Part shown: positions 30,715-41,815 of the stretch, in pieces
Layout: the number at the start of each line of letters is the position of its first letter
How positions within the stretch are numbered: the first letter of the stretch is position 1
Origin: Acidimicrobiales bacterium
GTDB taxonomy: Bacteria > Actinomycetota > Acidimicrobiia > Acidimicrobiales > CAIXPF01
Length of the DNA: 64,000 nucleotides
Assembly (NCBI GenBank): GCA_041394365.1
Contig: JAWKIM010000006.1
Coordinates: 470,590-534,589 of the forward strand
Reading direction: 5' to 3'
Program-made: the position numbers and the translations under genes
The notes under the pieces: model-generated
What the model saw: only the letters and a program-made list of their open reading frames with translations
Database searches by the model: none
What the model was told of the DNA's origin: nothing

Positions 30715-32852
30715 TCACGATGTCAACCGTTCAGTTGAGGGCGGGCGGCGCCGGCGGTGGCGGCACCGCCGGCCCGTTCCCGCTGTCGCACCGGCGCCGC
30801 CAACGCCGGCCGAGCCCACCAGCGAGCCGTGCAGCAGGTTCCGCACCAGCGTCGCCGCCAGGCCGTCCACACTGCCCCCGCCGCCGGTGACCAGCACCTC
30901 GGGCACCACGGTGATCTTGCCGTCGGCGATGGCGTTGGCCACCGCCACCAGCGCCGTGGCCACCTCGCCCAACGCCTGCTTCTGGGCTTCGAAGCCTTCC
31001 GCCTTGGCCAGTCCCAAGGCCTCCGTCGCCTTGGCCTCGGCCAGGCCGACCGCCTCGGTGCGGCTGGCCTCGGCGGCGCCGATGGCCTCCACCTTCACGG
31101 CCTCGGCCCGGCCGACGGACTCGATGCGCGCCGCCTCGGCCCGGCCCATCACCTCCACCCGGGTGGCCTCCGCTCGGGCGGTGGTCTCCACGTAGGCGGC
31201 CTCGCCCCGTGCCGCCTCGGCCCGAGCGTTGGCCTGGTTGTGGTTGATCTCCACCGACACCTGCGCCGATGCCAGCTGGCCTTGCATCTCAGCGGTACCG
31301 CAGGCCTTCTCCATCTCGATGCGCGCCGTCTGGGCCGTTGCTGCTCCTCGAACGTTGCCTTCTCCTGCTTGGCCACCTCCGCTGCGTCAACACCTGCACC
31401 AAGCTCCACAGGGAACTCGACGTCCTGGATGTACACGCCCTTGGTCTCCACCTCGTAGGCGTCGAGGTAGCGGCTGATGGCGGCGAACGCCGACTCCTGC
31501 ACCGCCGTCCTCGTCTCGATGAAGCGCACCGCCTCCAGCGCCTGGAGCGTGTTGCGGAAGTGGTTGCCCACCGCCGACTGCAGCACCTCGTTCACCAGGT
31601 TCTGCATGGTGCCGACCATCGAGATGACCTTCGGCGCCCAGGTGTCGGGCGCGTGGATCTGCACCTGCAGGTCGATCCGGAAGATGAAGCCCTCCCGGCT
31701 CTTGCCCTCGATCGGCGAGAGCTGGGCGTCGAGGTTGTGGGCCTGGGACACGGCGGTGGCCCAGTTGAGGGTGAGGATCGAGGTGGGCACGATCTCCGCC
31801 GCGTAGCAGCGCGGGTTGATCGGATACTTCCCGGTACGCAGCGGCTCCTGCCAGATGCCGCGGTGGCCCGGCCGTACGATCGACCCGAACTTGAACTCGG
31901 CGCCGGAGGTGTCCAGCGTCGGTAGACCGACGAAGGATTTCACCACCGCCACCTCGCCCTGGCGCACCACGAGCATGGGCACCAGCTCCACCCGCACCAG
32001 GAACGGGTTCAGCAGGTACGCGCCATACAGCAGCGGGTCGTGCTGCAGACCGATGCGCCCGCCGCCGTCGAGGAAGCGCTGGAAGTCCTGGTAGTTGTTG
32101 TGCTGCTCGTTCTTGTTGCCCAGCAGCACCTCGATGACCTCGGCGTCGGCTGCGCCGGCCTCCTCCATGCCGACGACGTCGTTGTAGCCACCCAGCCGGC
32201 TGGCGATGTCGCCCGAGGGCAACGGCTCGCCCTCCAGCGCGGTGACCACGCCCACCACATCGGTGTTGCCCTGCGGGGCGATGACCACCACCCGAAGGTG
32301 CTCGGGGCTCAACCCGAAGTCCTGCGGCGACAGCTCACCGTCCTGACCCACCGCCATGTCCGCACCGATCGGTACGCCGTAGACGGCATGGGCGGTGAGC
32401 ACCAGGAACGCGACCGGGTGGATGGGCAGCAGCGTGCCCGGCGTCAGCACCGGCCGCTGCACACCCTTCTGCCCGCCGTTGGCGAGGAAGGAGGCGACGT
32501 CGCCGAAGTTGCCGAAGGACGGGTGGTACACCGCGCTCTTGGCGCCGATGGGCAGCGGCGCACCCACCTGGGCGATGACCACGCCGATCTCGCCGGCGGG
32601 GATCTGCACCCACGGGTGCTTGCGCACCCGGTAGACGGGCCACAGCTTGAAGCGCAGGCCGGGCATGAGCAGATCGGCCTGGTAACCGGCCTCGCCGCGG
32701 AAGGCGATCGGGTCACCCGACGCCAGCCGCCGCCGGGCGAGCCGCTTGTTGACGAGGCCCAGCTCCGCCGGGCCGATGGAGTGCAGCGAGCGCAACGCGA
32801 CCACGGCGGCGACCGCCAGCGCGAACGCAGGAACGATGAACAGAGCCGGCAT
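30715..32852 (-). CDS. Flotillin / SPFH (band-7) family protein (YqiK-like); frameshift at about 31300–31350.
   Basis: An N-terminal TM is followed by an SPFH domain and an Ala/Glu-rich coiled-coil tail. The ORFs 31149–32852 and 30715–31314 join at …VAKQEKATFEEQQR / …MEKACGTAEMQ…. Confidence 0.75.
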
Positions 32853-33063
32853 CGACCGACCTCCTGGTTGACAAGTGGATGTTCCCTGCCGACCAGACTT
32901 CCCGGCGCACCGTTTGATGCAGGTCTACTCCCGAGTCGATGCCCTGGCAATCAAAATCGAGATGCCAGTTGGGTGACGACGGCCGGGGTGACCGCCGTGG
33001 GCGGTCGAGCGGTGCAACCCGTGTGGCTCCGGGCGCATCGCCGTGTAGGCTGTCGGCCGCATT

Positions 33064-33151
33064 GGAGAGGTGCCAGAGCGGCCGAATGGGGCGCCCTGCT
33101 AAGGCGTTGTCGGGGTCAACCCGACCGTGGGTTCAAATCCCACCCTCTCCG
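33064..33151 (+). tRNA. tRNA-Ser (anticodon GCT).
   Basis: Manual fold: acceptor GGAGAGG/CCTCTCC, anticodon loop CTGCTAA, long variable arm, T-arm GTGGGTTCAAATCCCAC. Confidence 0.85.
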
Positions 33152-33245
33152 CCGCCGTTCGGGGCCTCCAACCGGGGGCCCCGTCGTCGTTCCCGCCCCG
33201 GAAAAGCGGGCCCGCGGCCGTGCCGCCGCCTGGGAGGATGCCGCG

Positions 33246-33770
33246 ATGCTCGCCCGTCGCCGCGCCACCCCCACCGACGTCGGCCCGATCACCGACCACT
33301 TCGCGCTGCCCGCCGTGTACCGCTACCTGTGGGACGGTGAGGCCCCCGCCACCCACGTGGTGGCCGGCCTGCTCGAGCGCAGCGACCGCGACTTCGCGGA
33401 GCACGGCTACGGCTTGTGGGTCCTGACCGATCCCGCATGCCCCGACGCGGCGGTGGTGGGGGTGGTCGTGCTGCACGAGGTGGACGGCCATCCGGGCCGC
33501 GTCGAGCTGACCTACTCGCTCGATCCGGCGTACCAGGGCCGCGGGCTGATGACCACGGCGGCGGCCGAGGTGCTGGCCCACGGCTTCGACCGGTGCGGTC
33601 TCACCGAGATCCTCGCCGGGACCGACCCACCCAACGTCGCCTCCCAACGGGTGCTCGGCCGGCTGGGCATGCGTTCGATCGGCGAGCTGGTCATCGGCAC
33701 CGAGGAACCGGTGGCGCTGCCGTACTGGTCGGTGGACCGGGCTGGTCTGCGGGCCGCTACCGGCCGCTGA
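33246..33770 (+). CDS. GNAT-family N-acetyltransferase.
   Basis: The C-terminal part of the ORF 32040–33770 starts at an internal Met (MLARRRATP…). It carries the acetyl-CoA-binding motif QGRGLMTTAAAEVL. Confidence 0.7.
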   Translation: MLARRRATPTDVGPITDHFALPAVYRYLWDGEAPATHVVAGLLERSDRDFAEHGYGLWVLTDPACPDAAVVGVVVLHEVDGHPGRVELTYSLDPAYQGRGLMTTAAAEVLAHGFDRCGLTEILAGTDPPNVASQRVLGRLGMRSIGELVIGTEEPVALPYWSVDRAGLRAATGR

Positions 33771-33806
33771 CCGATCGGGTTCGGGCCCCGCCCTCCGACC
33801 GGCCGA

Positions 33807-34178
33807 TCAGCGCGCCCAGGTGGTGGGCCAGTCGTCCACCCGCAGCAGGAGCACCCCGCCGAGCGAGACCCGGTAGCTCGCCTCGCTCCGGGCGTCTGCC
33901 CGTTCGAGCATCGGTTCGACGCCGTCCCACTCGGTGGACCAGCGACGCTCGCCAGGGTCGTCGGACAGGGGGCGCCAGCGCAATGGCGCAGCCAGCAACC
34001 CCTGACGCACGGCGGCGAACCCGGCAGGGTCCACGGGCACGAACCGGTTGCCGCACACGCAGCGATAGCCGAGGGTCGGTCCCGGTTCATCGACGTGCAG
34101 CGGACCGACGGTGCCGTCCCAGATGGCGCCGGCACCGCAGCGCGAGCACTCGCGGGTGGGACGGCGCCACCCGTCGCT
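33807..34178 (-). CDS. Hypothetical Zn-ribbon-like protein (CxxC…CxC).
   Basis: Internal Met (MSDGWRRPTRECSRCGAG…) of the 223-aa ORF; the upstream part looks like out-of-frame noise. Confidence 0.4.
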   Translation of the reverse strand, partial: SDGWRRPTRECSRCGAGAIWDGTVGPLHVDEPGPTLGYRCVCGNRFVPVDPAGFAAVRQGLLAAPLRWRPLSDDPGERRWSTEWDGVEPMLERADARSEASYRVSLGGVLLLRVDDWPTTWAR

Positions 34179-34718
34179 CATCGCAGCTCGGATCAGGACC
34201 ACCGTCGCGGGTGGCGAGGGAGGGGCGGCGGCACCGCCGGCGACGCCGCGACCGTTCCCCCGCTCGGCGCTCGGACGCTGGTGGGCAGCGCACCGGCCAG
34301 GAACGGAAGCCGCGGCAGGCGACCGGACCGTTCGAGCGGTTGCCCCGCCGGAGCACCAGCACCAGCGCGGCGCTCCACAGCACGGCGGCCACCACGAGCA
34401 ACCCGAGGGGAGGCCACCGCCGGCATACCAGGCGATCGCCACCGCTGCGCTGCACACGTCGCCGATGACCCAGACCACGATGCCCGCCCGACGGCGGTAG
34501 AGCGGCCGGCGGGCCCCGGTCGCGCTCGAGCGTCGCCGCCTGGCGGAGCTCGCGCTGCCACTCGTCGGTGAGGTCGGCGCCAGCCCGTGCGCTTCGACGT
34601 GCGTGCCACCCCGCGGTCATCGGCACCGGTGGCCCGCGCCTGAACCGCGTCCGCTCCGGGCGGGGCGCCGCCCTACGCTGGCGGCACGCCGACCTTCCGC
34701 ATCCTCGGGCCGCTCGAG

Positions 34719-37700
34719 GTGGCCGGCCCGCTGGGCCCGCTCGACGTCGCCGGCGCGCGCGCCCGGGCCCTGCTCAGCTGCCTGGTGCTGCACGCCGACC
34801 AACCGGTGGCGGCCGAGCTGCTCATCGACTGGGTGTGGGGCGAGGCGTTGCCCCGCAACCCGCTCAACGCCCTGCAGGTGCAGCTGTCCAAGCTGCGCCG
34901 GCTGTTGTCGCCGCACGAGTTGGTCGCCTCCGGCAGCACCTACCGCCTGCTGGCCGACCGCGACGAGGTGGACGCCCACCGCTTCGAGCGCCTGGCCGCC
35001 GCCGCCCGCCAGGCCCGGGAGGACGGCGAGGCCCTTCGTGCGGCCGCCCTGTTCGACGAGGCCGCCGGCCTGTGGCGCGGCGTCGCCCTCGCCGAGGTGG
35101 ACCACCCCGACGCGGTGGCCGTTCGCAGCCGCCTGGAGGAACTGCGGCTCGACACCGTGGAGCATGGGCTGCACCTGCGGCTGGAGACCGCCGGCGGCGA
35201 GCAGCTGGGTCCGTTGATCGCCGAGCTGGAGCTGCAGTGCGCCCGCCAGCCTCTGCGGGAACGCCTGCGGACGCTGCACATCACCGCCCTGTACCGCAGC
35301 GGCCGCCAGGCCGAGGCGCTGCGGGCGTTCCAGGAGGCGCGCCGCACGCTGGTGGAGGAGATCGGCGTCGAACCGGGCGCCGAGCTGCGTGCCCTCGAGG
35401 CCGCCATCCTCGCCCAGGACCCCCAGCTCGGGACCGGGTCGTGGGGCGAGTGGCGGCGCCTGGCGGCCGGGGCCGCGACCGTCGGCTCCACCATCGATGC
35501 GCCCGCGCCCCTGGCCGAGGCCGCGCCGCCGTCCGGTGCCGGTGCCGGTGCCGAGCCCGAGCTCGCGCCGCTCGGTTCGCCACCGCCGGGCAACCTGCCG
35601 GTCGACCTCACGCCGTTCATCGGTCGCCGCGCCGAGCTGGCCGAGGTCGCCCGCCTGCTCGACGGTCCCGACCGGCTGATCACCCTGGTGGGCCCCGGCG
35701 GCGCCGGCAAGACCCGCCTGGCGCTGGCCGCGGCCCGGGCCGTGCAGCCCCCGCCCGCCGCCGGCCTGTGGCTGGTGGAGCTCGCCCCGGTGCTCGACGG
35801 CGACGTGGACGTGGCCGTGGCCACCGCCATCGGCGCGCTGGAGGGGCCGGAGGTGGACACCAGCGCCGGGGTCACCGCCCGGCTGCGGGCCTACATCGCC
35901 CGTCGCCCCCTGCTGCTGGTGCTCGACAACTGCGAGCACGTGATCGTCGACGCCGCCCGCCTGGTGGATGAACTGCTGCGGGCCTGCCCCGAGCTGCGGG
36001 TGCTCGCCACCAGCCGCGAGGGCCTGGGCGTGCCCGGTGAGCGCCTGTGGCCGGTCCCCCCGCTGGTGGGTGTCGACGCCGTCGAGCTGTTCGTGCAGCG
36101 CGCCCGCGCCCACGTCGCCGGCTTCGCGCCCGACGAGCGCGAGCTGGCCACCGTGGCGGAGCTGTGCGCCCGCCTCGACGGCCTGCCGCTGGCGTTGGAG
36201 CTGGCCGCCGCCCGCCTCCGCTCGCTCACCCTCGACGAGTTGGCGGGCCGCCTGGACGACCGGTTCCGCCTGCTGACCGGCGGCGCCCGCTCGGTGCTGC
36301 CCCGCCAGCAGACGCTGCGGGCCCTGGTGGACTGGTCCTACGACCTGCTCGACGAACGCGAGCGCCGGGTGTGGCAGGCGTTGTCGGCCATGTCCGGCGG
36401 CTGCCGGCTCGACGCCGCCGAGGCGGTGTGCGCCGACGAGCTGATCGATCGGGACGACGTGCTCGACCTGCTCGACAGCCTGGTGGACAAGTCCCTCGTC
36501 GCGGTCACCCGCACCGAGGATGCCGCCCGGTATGGCCTGTTGCAGACGATCGCCCTCTACGGCCGGGAGAAGCTGGCCGCCTCCGGCCGGGCCGAGGCGG
36601 TGCGCGATCGGCACCTGGCCTTCTGGGCATCGCTCGCCCCCGGCATGCTCGGCGGCCTGCAGAGCCCCGAACAGGGCCGCTGGCTGAGCAGGCTGCGCCC
36701 GACGTGGACAACGTGCGGGCCTGCGTGGCGTGGGCCGTGCAACGCGGCGATGCCGTGGCGGCCAGGGCCATCGCCAGCGGCACGCTGTGGTTCTTCTGGC
36801 TCGAAGGCGACCTCGGTGGCAGCCGCGACCTGCTGGCCCAGGCGCTGGCCATCCCGAGCGACGACGACAGCCCGGCGGGGCTGGCGTTGCGGGCGCGGTG
36901 CCTGGCCTCCGCCGCCTGGCTCGACAACTACACCGATGCCCGGGGTATGGCCGCGCTGCTGGAGGCGGTGGAGCTGGCCAAGGCCTCCGGTGACAGCGAG
37001 ACCATCGGCTTCGCCATGCTGCTCGCCGCCAACCACAGCCTCCACTACGGCGACGGCAGCAGGATGGCGATGCTGGTGGACGAGGCCGAAGCGCACCTGC
37101 AGGCCAGCGACTACCGCTGGGGCCTCGCCGCCGGGCGGCTGATGAAGGCGATGTTCCTGGGCTTCACCGGCCGCACGGCGGAGGCGGCCGCCTGCATCGA
37201 CGACGCCATGGCCCGCTTCCGGACGGTGGGAGATCGCTGGGGCATCGGTGTGGCGCTGTCGGAGGTGGCCGACATCGCCGAACGCCGCGGTGACTACGAC
37301 ACCACCATCGCCGCGCTCGAGGAGAGCCGGGCGCTGCTGCGCCAGTCGGGCTCCCAGCCCTTCGATGCGTTCCTGCAGGCCCGGCTGGGCAACGTGCTGG
37401 TGCTCCAGGGCCGCCTCGACGAGGCGGAGAAGCTCCACGAGGAGGCCCTGGCCGCGTCGACCCTGTCGGGACTGGTCCCCGAGCGGGCCATGGCCTTGGT
37501 GAGCGCCGGGTTCTCCCGGACGATGGCCGGACGCTTCGACGAGGCGTACGACGTGCTCATCGAGGCCGTGCGGCTCGGCGAGGACGACGATGCCGACGGC
37601 AAGCGACCCCGGCGGGTGCACATCGCCGCCATCGCTCACGCCCGGCTCGGCTTCCTGGCCGAGCGGCAGGAGCGCGCCGAGCAGGCCGAGGCCCACCACC

Positions 37701-38020
37701 TGGCCTGCCTGCGGGCGATGGTGACCGTGCGCGATGTGCGCGGCACCGCGCTGGCGCTCGAGGGCCTGGCCGGCGTGGCCGCGCTGCGGGGCGACGGCGA
37801 GCGGGCCGCGTTCCTGCTCGGCGCCGGGCACGGGCTGCGCAGCGGGGTGGGTGCGCCCCAGCCGCCCGCCGAGCGGGCCCTCGACGTCGATCGGATCGAG
37901 GCTGCCGCCCGCGACCTGCTCGGCGGGGACGCCGAGCGCTTCGAGCAGGCCTTCTCCGCCGGCGCGGCCGCCGCCGCCGAACCCGAGGGCCTGGTCGCAC
38001 CGCTGCTCGGCGAGGGGTGA
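34719..38020 (+). CDS. SARP/AfsR-family regulator (BTAD plus NB-ARC ATPase plus TPR); one frameshift at about 36690. Conserved N-terminal residues extend upstream of the first start codon.
   Basis: ILGPLEV…ARALLSCLVLHAD…WGEALPRN…LQVQLSKLRRLL (OmpR-type/BTAD), Walker A GPGGAGKTRLA, NB-ARC and TPR segments continuing in the frame of ORF 36047–38020. Confidence 0.85.
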
Positions 38021-38174
38021 CCACCGCGCCCCACGGGACCGGCGACAGCAGCGACGACAGCAGCGACGACAGCGCGACGACAGCCGGACGACGGGGACCG
38101 GTCAGCGGCGGGTCCCACGATGGCCCCGTCGACCGGAACCGCGACCGGTCGACGGATCCGCTGTTGGAGGAACG

Positions 38175-40388
38175 ATGTCCCGCTTCTTGTACCGACTGGG
38201 CCGCGCCGCGGCCCGCCACCCGTGGAGGGTGCTCGCCGTCTGGGTGCTCGCCGCCGTCGCCGTGGTCGGGCTGCGCAGCGCCGTGGGTGGGGAGACCACC
38301 GACCAGTTCAAGCTGCCCGGCACCGAGAGCCAGCAGGCCGTCGACCTGCTGCGCGACCGCTTCCCGGCCCAGGCCGGGCTGTCCGGCCAGGTCGTGTTCC
38401 AGGCGCCGGAGGGCACCACGCTCGCCGATCCGGCCAACCGGGCGGCGGTGGCCGAGACGGCCGAGTCGCTGCGGGCCACGCCGCACGTGACCGTGGTGAG
38501 CGACCCGTTCGACCCCGCCGCCCCCACCATCGCCCCCGATGGCCGCACCGGCTTCGTGACGGTCGGTTTCGACGTGGAGAACCTGCAGCCGGCCGACGCC
38601 GAGGCCGTCATCGAAGCGGTCGAGGTCGGCCGGGAGGCGGGCCTCGAGGTGGAGGTGGGCGGCAGCATCGCCCAGGCGGCCCAGGAGGTCGAGGGCCAGG
38701 AGGCCATCGGGCTGGCCGTGGCCGTGGTCGTGCTGCTCGTCGCCTTCGGCTCGGTCGTCGCCATGGGCATCCCGATCGGTACGGCGCTGTTCGGCATCTT
38801 CATCGGGTTGTCGCTGGTGACGGTGATGGCCGGCATCGTCGACGTGCCCACCGTGGCCCCGATGCTGGCCACCATGATCGGTCTCGGCGTGGGCATCGAT
38901 TACGCCCTGTTCGTGGTCACCCGCCACCGCCAGTTCCTCCACGAGGGCTGGAGCGTGCCCGACGCCGCCGGCCGGGCCAACGCCACCGCCGGCCAGGCGG
39001 TGCTCTTCGCCGGCATGACCGTGGTGGTGGCCATCTGCGGGCTGTTCCTGTCGGGTGTGCCCGCCATCGGCACCATGGGCCTGGCCGCCGGGATCGTGGT
39101 GATCGTCTCCATGGTGGCCGCGGTGACCCTGCTGCCCGCCTTCCTGGGCTTGGCCGGCTCCTGGGTGGACCGGCTGCGCATCGGTCGCCGCCGCTCGCTG
39201 GCGGTGCAGGCCCACGACACGATGGCCGGCCGCTGGGCACACCGGGTGGGCCGCCGCCCCTGGCCCTACGCGCTCGGTGCTTTCGCCCTGCTGGTGGCGC
39301 TGGCCGCGCCCGTCCTGGCCATGCGGCTCAGCATGCCCGACGATGGCAACGCTCCGATCGACAGCACCCACCGCAAGGCCTACGACCTGTTGGCCGGTGC
39401 GTTCGGCCCCGGCTTCAACGGCCCGCTCACCATCGTGGTCGACGCCGGTGCCGGCGCCGACGTGCAGCCCGCCCTCGACCGGGTGGTCACCGCCCTGCGG
39501 GCCGATGACGGCATCGCCAACGTGGGCGCCGTGCTGCCCAACCCGGCCGGCGACACCGCCGTGATCTTCGCCTACCCCACCACGTCGCCCCAGGACGAGG
39601 CCACCGAGGACCTGGTCCACCACCTCCGCCACGACGTGCTGGAGGGTATGGCCGGGGCCGGCGGCGACACCTACGTGGCCGGCTGGACCGCCACCGGCAT
39701 GGACATCTCCGAACGGCTGTCGGCCCGCACGCCGTGGTTCATCGGTGCGGTGGTGGCCCTGAGCTTCGTGCTGCTGATGATCCTGTTCCGCTCGGTGCTC
39801 GTCCCGCTGAAGGCGGCGCTGATGAACCTGCTGTCCATCGGGGCCAGCTACGGCCTGCTGGTGGCGGTGTTCCAGTGGGGCTGGGGCGGCTCGCTCATCG
39901 GGCTCGACGAGCCGATGCCGATCTCGCCGTTCGTGCCGATGATCATGTTCGCCATACTCTTCGGTCTGTCGATGGACTACGAGGTGTTCCTGTTGAGCCG
40001 GGTGCGGGAGGAGTTCGTCCGCCACGGCGACAGCCACCGCTCGGTGGTGGACGGTCTGGCCGGCACCGCCCGGGTCATCACCTCGGCGGCGTTGATCATG
40101 ATCAGCGTGTTCGGTGCGTTCGTGCTCTCGCCCGAGCCGATGCTCAAGATGTTCGGGTTGGGCCTGGCCTCCGCCGTGCTGATCGACGCCACCGTGGTGC
40201 GCATGGTGCTGGTGCCCGCCACGATGGCGCTGCTGGGCGGGGCCAACTGGTGGCTGCCCGGCTGGCTCGACCGCATCCTGCCCCACGTCGACATCGAGGG
40301 CGGTCCCGAGCTGGGCACGCTGCCCACCGGGGCCGGCGGGGCCGGCGGCCCGGCGTTCGATCCCGATCGGGAGCCGCAGCCCGCCTGA
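38175..40388 (+). CDS. MMPL-family RND-type membrane transporter.
   Basis: MSRFLYRLGRAAARHPWRVLAVWVLAAV… followed by two 6-TM bundles with periplasmic domains. Intact, about 737 aa. Confidence 0.9.
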   Translation: MSRFLYRLGRAAARHPWRVLAVWVLAAVAVVGLRSAVGGETTDQFKLPGTESQQAVDLLRDRFPAQAGLSGQVVFQAPEGTTLADPANRAAVAETAESLRATPHVTVVSDPFDPAAPTIAPDGRTGFVTVGFDVENLQPADAEAVIEAVEVGREAGLEVEVGGSIAQAAQEVEGQEAIGLAVAVVVLLVAFGSVVAMGIPIGTALFGIFIGLSLVTVMAGIVDVPTVAPMLATMIGLGVGIDYALFVVTRHRQFLHEGWSVPDAAGRANATAGQAVLFAGMTVVVAICGLFLSGVPAIGTMGLAAGIVVIVSMVAAVTLLPAFLGLAGSWVDRLRIGRRRSLAVQAHDTMAGRWAHRVGRRPWPYALGAFALLVALAAPVLAMRLSMPDDGNAPIDSTHRKAYDLLAGAFGPGFNGPLTIVVDAGAGADVQPALDRVVTALRADDGIANVGAVLPNPAGDTAVIFAYPTTSPQDEATEDLVHHLRHDVLEGMAGAGGDTYVAGWTATGMDISERLSARTPWFIGAVVALSFVLLMILFRSVLVPLKAALMNLLSIGASYGLLVAVFQWGWGGSLIGLDEPMPISPFVPMIMFAILFGLSMDYEVFLLSRVREEFVRHGDSHRSVVDGLAGTARVITSAALIMISVFGAFVLSPEPMLKMFGLGLASAVLIDATVVRMVLVPATMALLGGANWWLPGWLDRILPHVDIEGGPELGTLPTGAGGAGGPAFDPDREPQPA

Positions 40389-40444
40389 GGCGGCATCGCC
40401 GGCCAACGGCAGGCCGGCCGGCCAGACCATGACCTCCACGCGGA

Positions 40445-40479
40445 GGGGCCCGGTTCCCGAGTGATCGGGGACCGGGCCC
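40445..40479. terminator. GC-rich hairpin (GGGGCCCGGTTCCC…GGGGACCGGGCCC) about 57 nt after the MMPL stop.
   Basis: Inverted repeat read from the sequence. Confidence 0.5.
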
Positions 40480-40501
40480 GCTGCGCCTGAGGGGAGCTTT
40501 C

Positions 40502-40555
40502 GGGTTCTCGTGTGGGTTCTCGTGTGGGGATCTCGTGTGGGGTTCTCGTGTGGGG
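40502..40555. repeat. 13-bp tandem repeat (GGGTTCTCGTGTG ×4, one variant GGGGATCTCGTGT).
   Basis: Read from the sequence. It lies between the MMPL terminator and the stop of the minus-strand ORF 40566–40895. Confidence 0.7.
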
Positions 40556-40565
40556 GTCGGTGCCG

Positions 40566-40895
40566 TCAGCGAGCGAGCACCAGGGCTCGTTCGTGGGGGC
40601 CACCTCCGAGCAGCGACACCGTGGCGGCCACCGACAGCTCGTCGACGGCCGCCACGGCGGGGCTGGGTGTGCTGACCGACGCCGACGCAGCGTCCGGTTC
40701 GCCCGTGTCGCCGGGAGCCGCCGCCGTGCGGGGCCCCGCCGACACCACGTCGCCGGACGTCGGGGAAGTCGGGGTCGGTCCTTCGCCGCCGGCGGCCGGA
40801 GCCGTTCCCTCCTGGGCGCCGGTGCCGGCGACGGCGCGACCGCCCGACGCCGCGATGGCCACCAGGACCGGCGCGGCGCAGCGGAAGCGAAGCAT
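40566..40895 (-). CDS. Possible small secreted Ala/Pro/Gly/Thr-rich protein.
   Basis: MLRFRCAAPVLVAIAASGGRAVA… is signal-peptide-like, followed by low-complexity sequence. Weak evidence. Confidence 0.3.
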   Translation of the reverse strand: MLRFRCAAPVLVAIAASGGRAVAGTGAQEGTAPAAGGEGPTPTSPTSGDVVSAGPRTAAAPGDTGEPDAASASVSTPSPAVAAVDELSVAATVSLLGGGPHERALVLAR

Positions 40896-41041
40896 GCACC
40901 CGGTGTCGGCGCCGTTTCGTGCGAGCCGCGTAGGACGATGGGCCCGGGGCCCCGCCGGACCGATCGAGGCACCGACGGCTCGGCCGTGAACAGCGTGTGT
41001 CCGGCCTGGGGCCGCCGGCACCGGGCCGGTAGGTTTGCGCC

Positions 41042-41815
41042 ATGGTCGTGCGCCGTTTCGCCGAGTTGCGTCATCCGCAGGTTCCCGAGCTCGTGTCCGA
41101 GTCGTCGGTGTTCATCCAGCCGATCGGGGCGGTCGAGCAGCACGGGCCGCACCTGCCGTTCGTGACCGACTTCCTCATCGCCTCGGCGGTGGCCGAAGCG
41201 GCGGTGGCCGACCGTGGCGACGAGCTCGACCTGTGGCTGCTCGAACCGCTCGCCTACACCAAGTCCAACGAGCACGCCCACTTCCCCGGCTCGGTGTGGT
41301 TGTCGGTGGACACGCTGCTGGGCGTGCTCGACGCGGTGGGTCGGGCGGTGGCGGCCACCGGGGCCAAGCGGCTGGTGTTCTTCAACGGGCACGGCGGCAA
41401 CACCGCCCTGCTCGGCGTGGCCTGCCGGGAGGTGCGCCTGAAGTACGGGCTGCTGACGTTCCTCATGCACCCGTCGATCCCGCCGGACCACGGTGGCGCC
41501 TCCACCGCCGACGAGCTCGGCATGGGGATCCACGCCGGCCTGCACGAGACCTCGATGGTGCTGCACCTGCGTCCCGATCTGGTGGACATGGACCTGGCCG
41601 CCCGCAACGTGCCCGAGTGGCTGGCCGACAACGAGCACGTGCGCTTCGGCGGCGGCGTGAGCTTCGGCTGGCTGGCCGACGACTTCGGCCCCGACGGGCA
41701 CATCGGCGATCCCACCGGCTCGTCGGCCGAGCTGGGCAAGTCGCTGTTCGAGGCGGCGGTGACCCGGGTGGGTGAGCAGCTGGCCGAGGTGGCCCGCTTC
41801 ACGTTCGATCGTTAG
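41042..41815 (+). CDS. Creatininase-family amidohydrolase.
   Basis: Creatininase-fold signatures (IGAVEQHGPHLP, FFNGHGGN), intact. Confidence 0.85.
   Translation: MVVRRFAELRHPQVPELVSESSVFIQPIGAVEQHGPHLPFVTDFLIASAVAEAAVADRGDELDLWLLEPLAYTKSNEHAHFPGSVWLSVDTLLGVLDAVGRAVAATGAKRLVFFNGHGGNTALLGVACREVRLKYGLLTFLMHPSIPPDHGGASTADELGMGIHAGLHETSMVLHLRPDLVDMDLAARNVPEWLADNEHVRFGGGVSFGWLADDFGPDGHIGDPTGSSAELGKSLFEAAVTRVGEQLAEVARFTFDR

Noticed and set aside
30542-33151. The two tRNA-Ser genes flanking the flotillin gene as att sites of one element.
   Set aside because: The tRNAs are different isoacceptors on opposite strands and share no extended repeat. Flotillin looks like an ordinary chromosomal gene. Only the TGA-anticodon copy has an adjacent integrase remnant.
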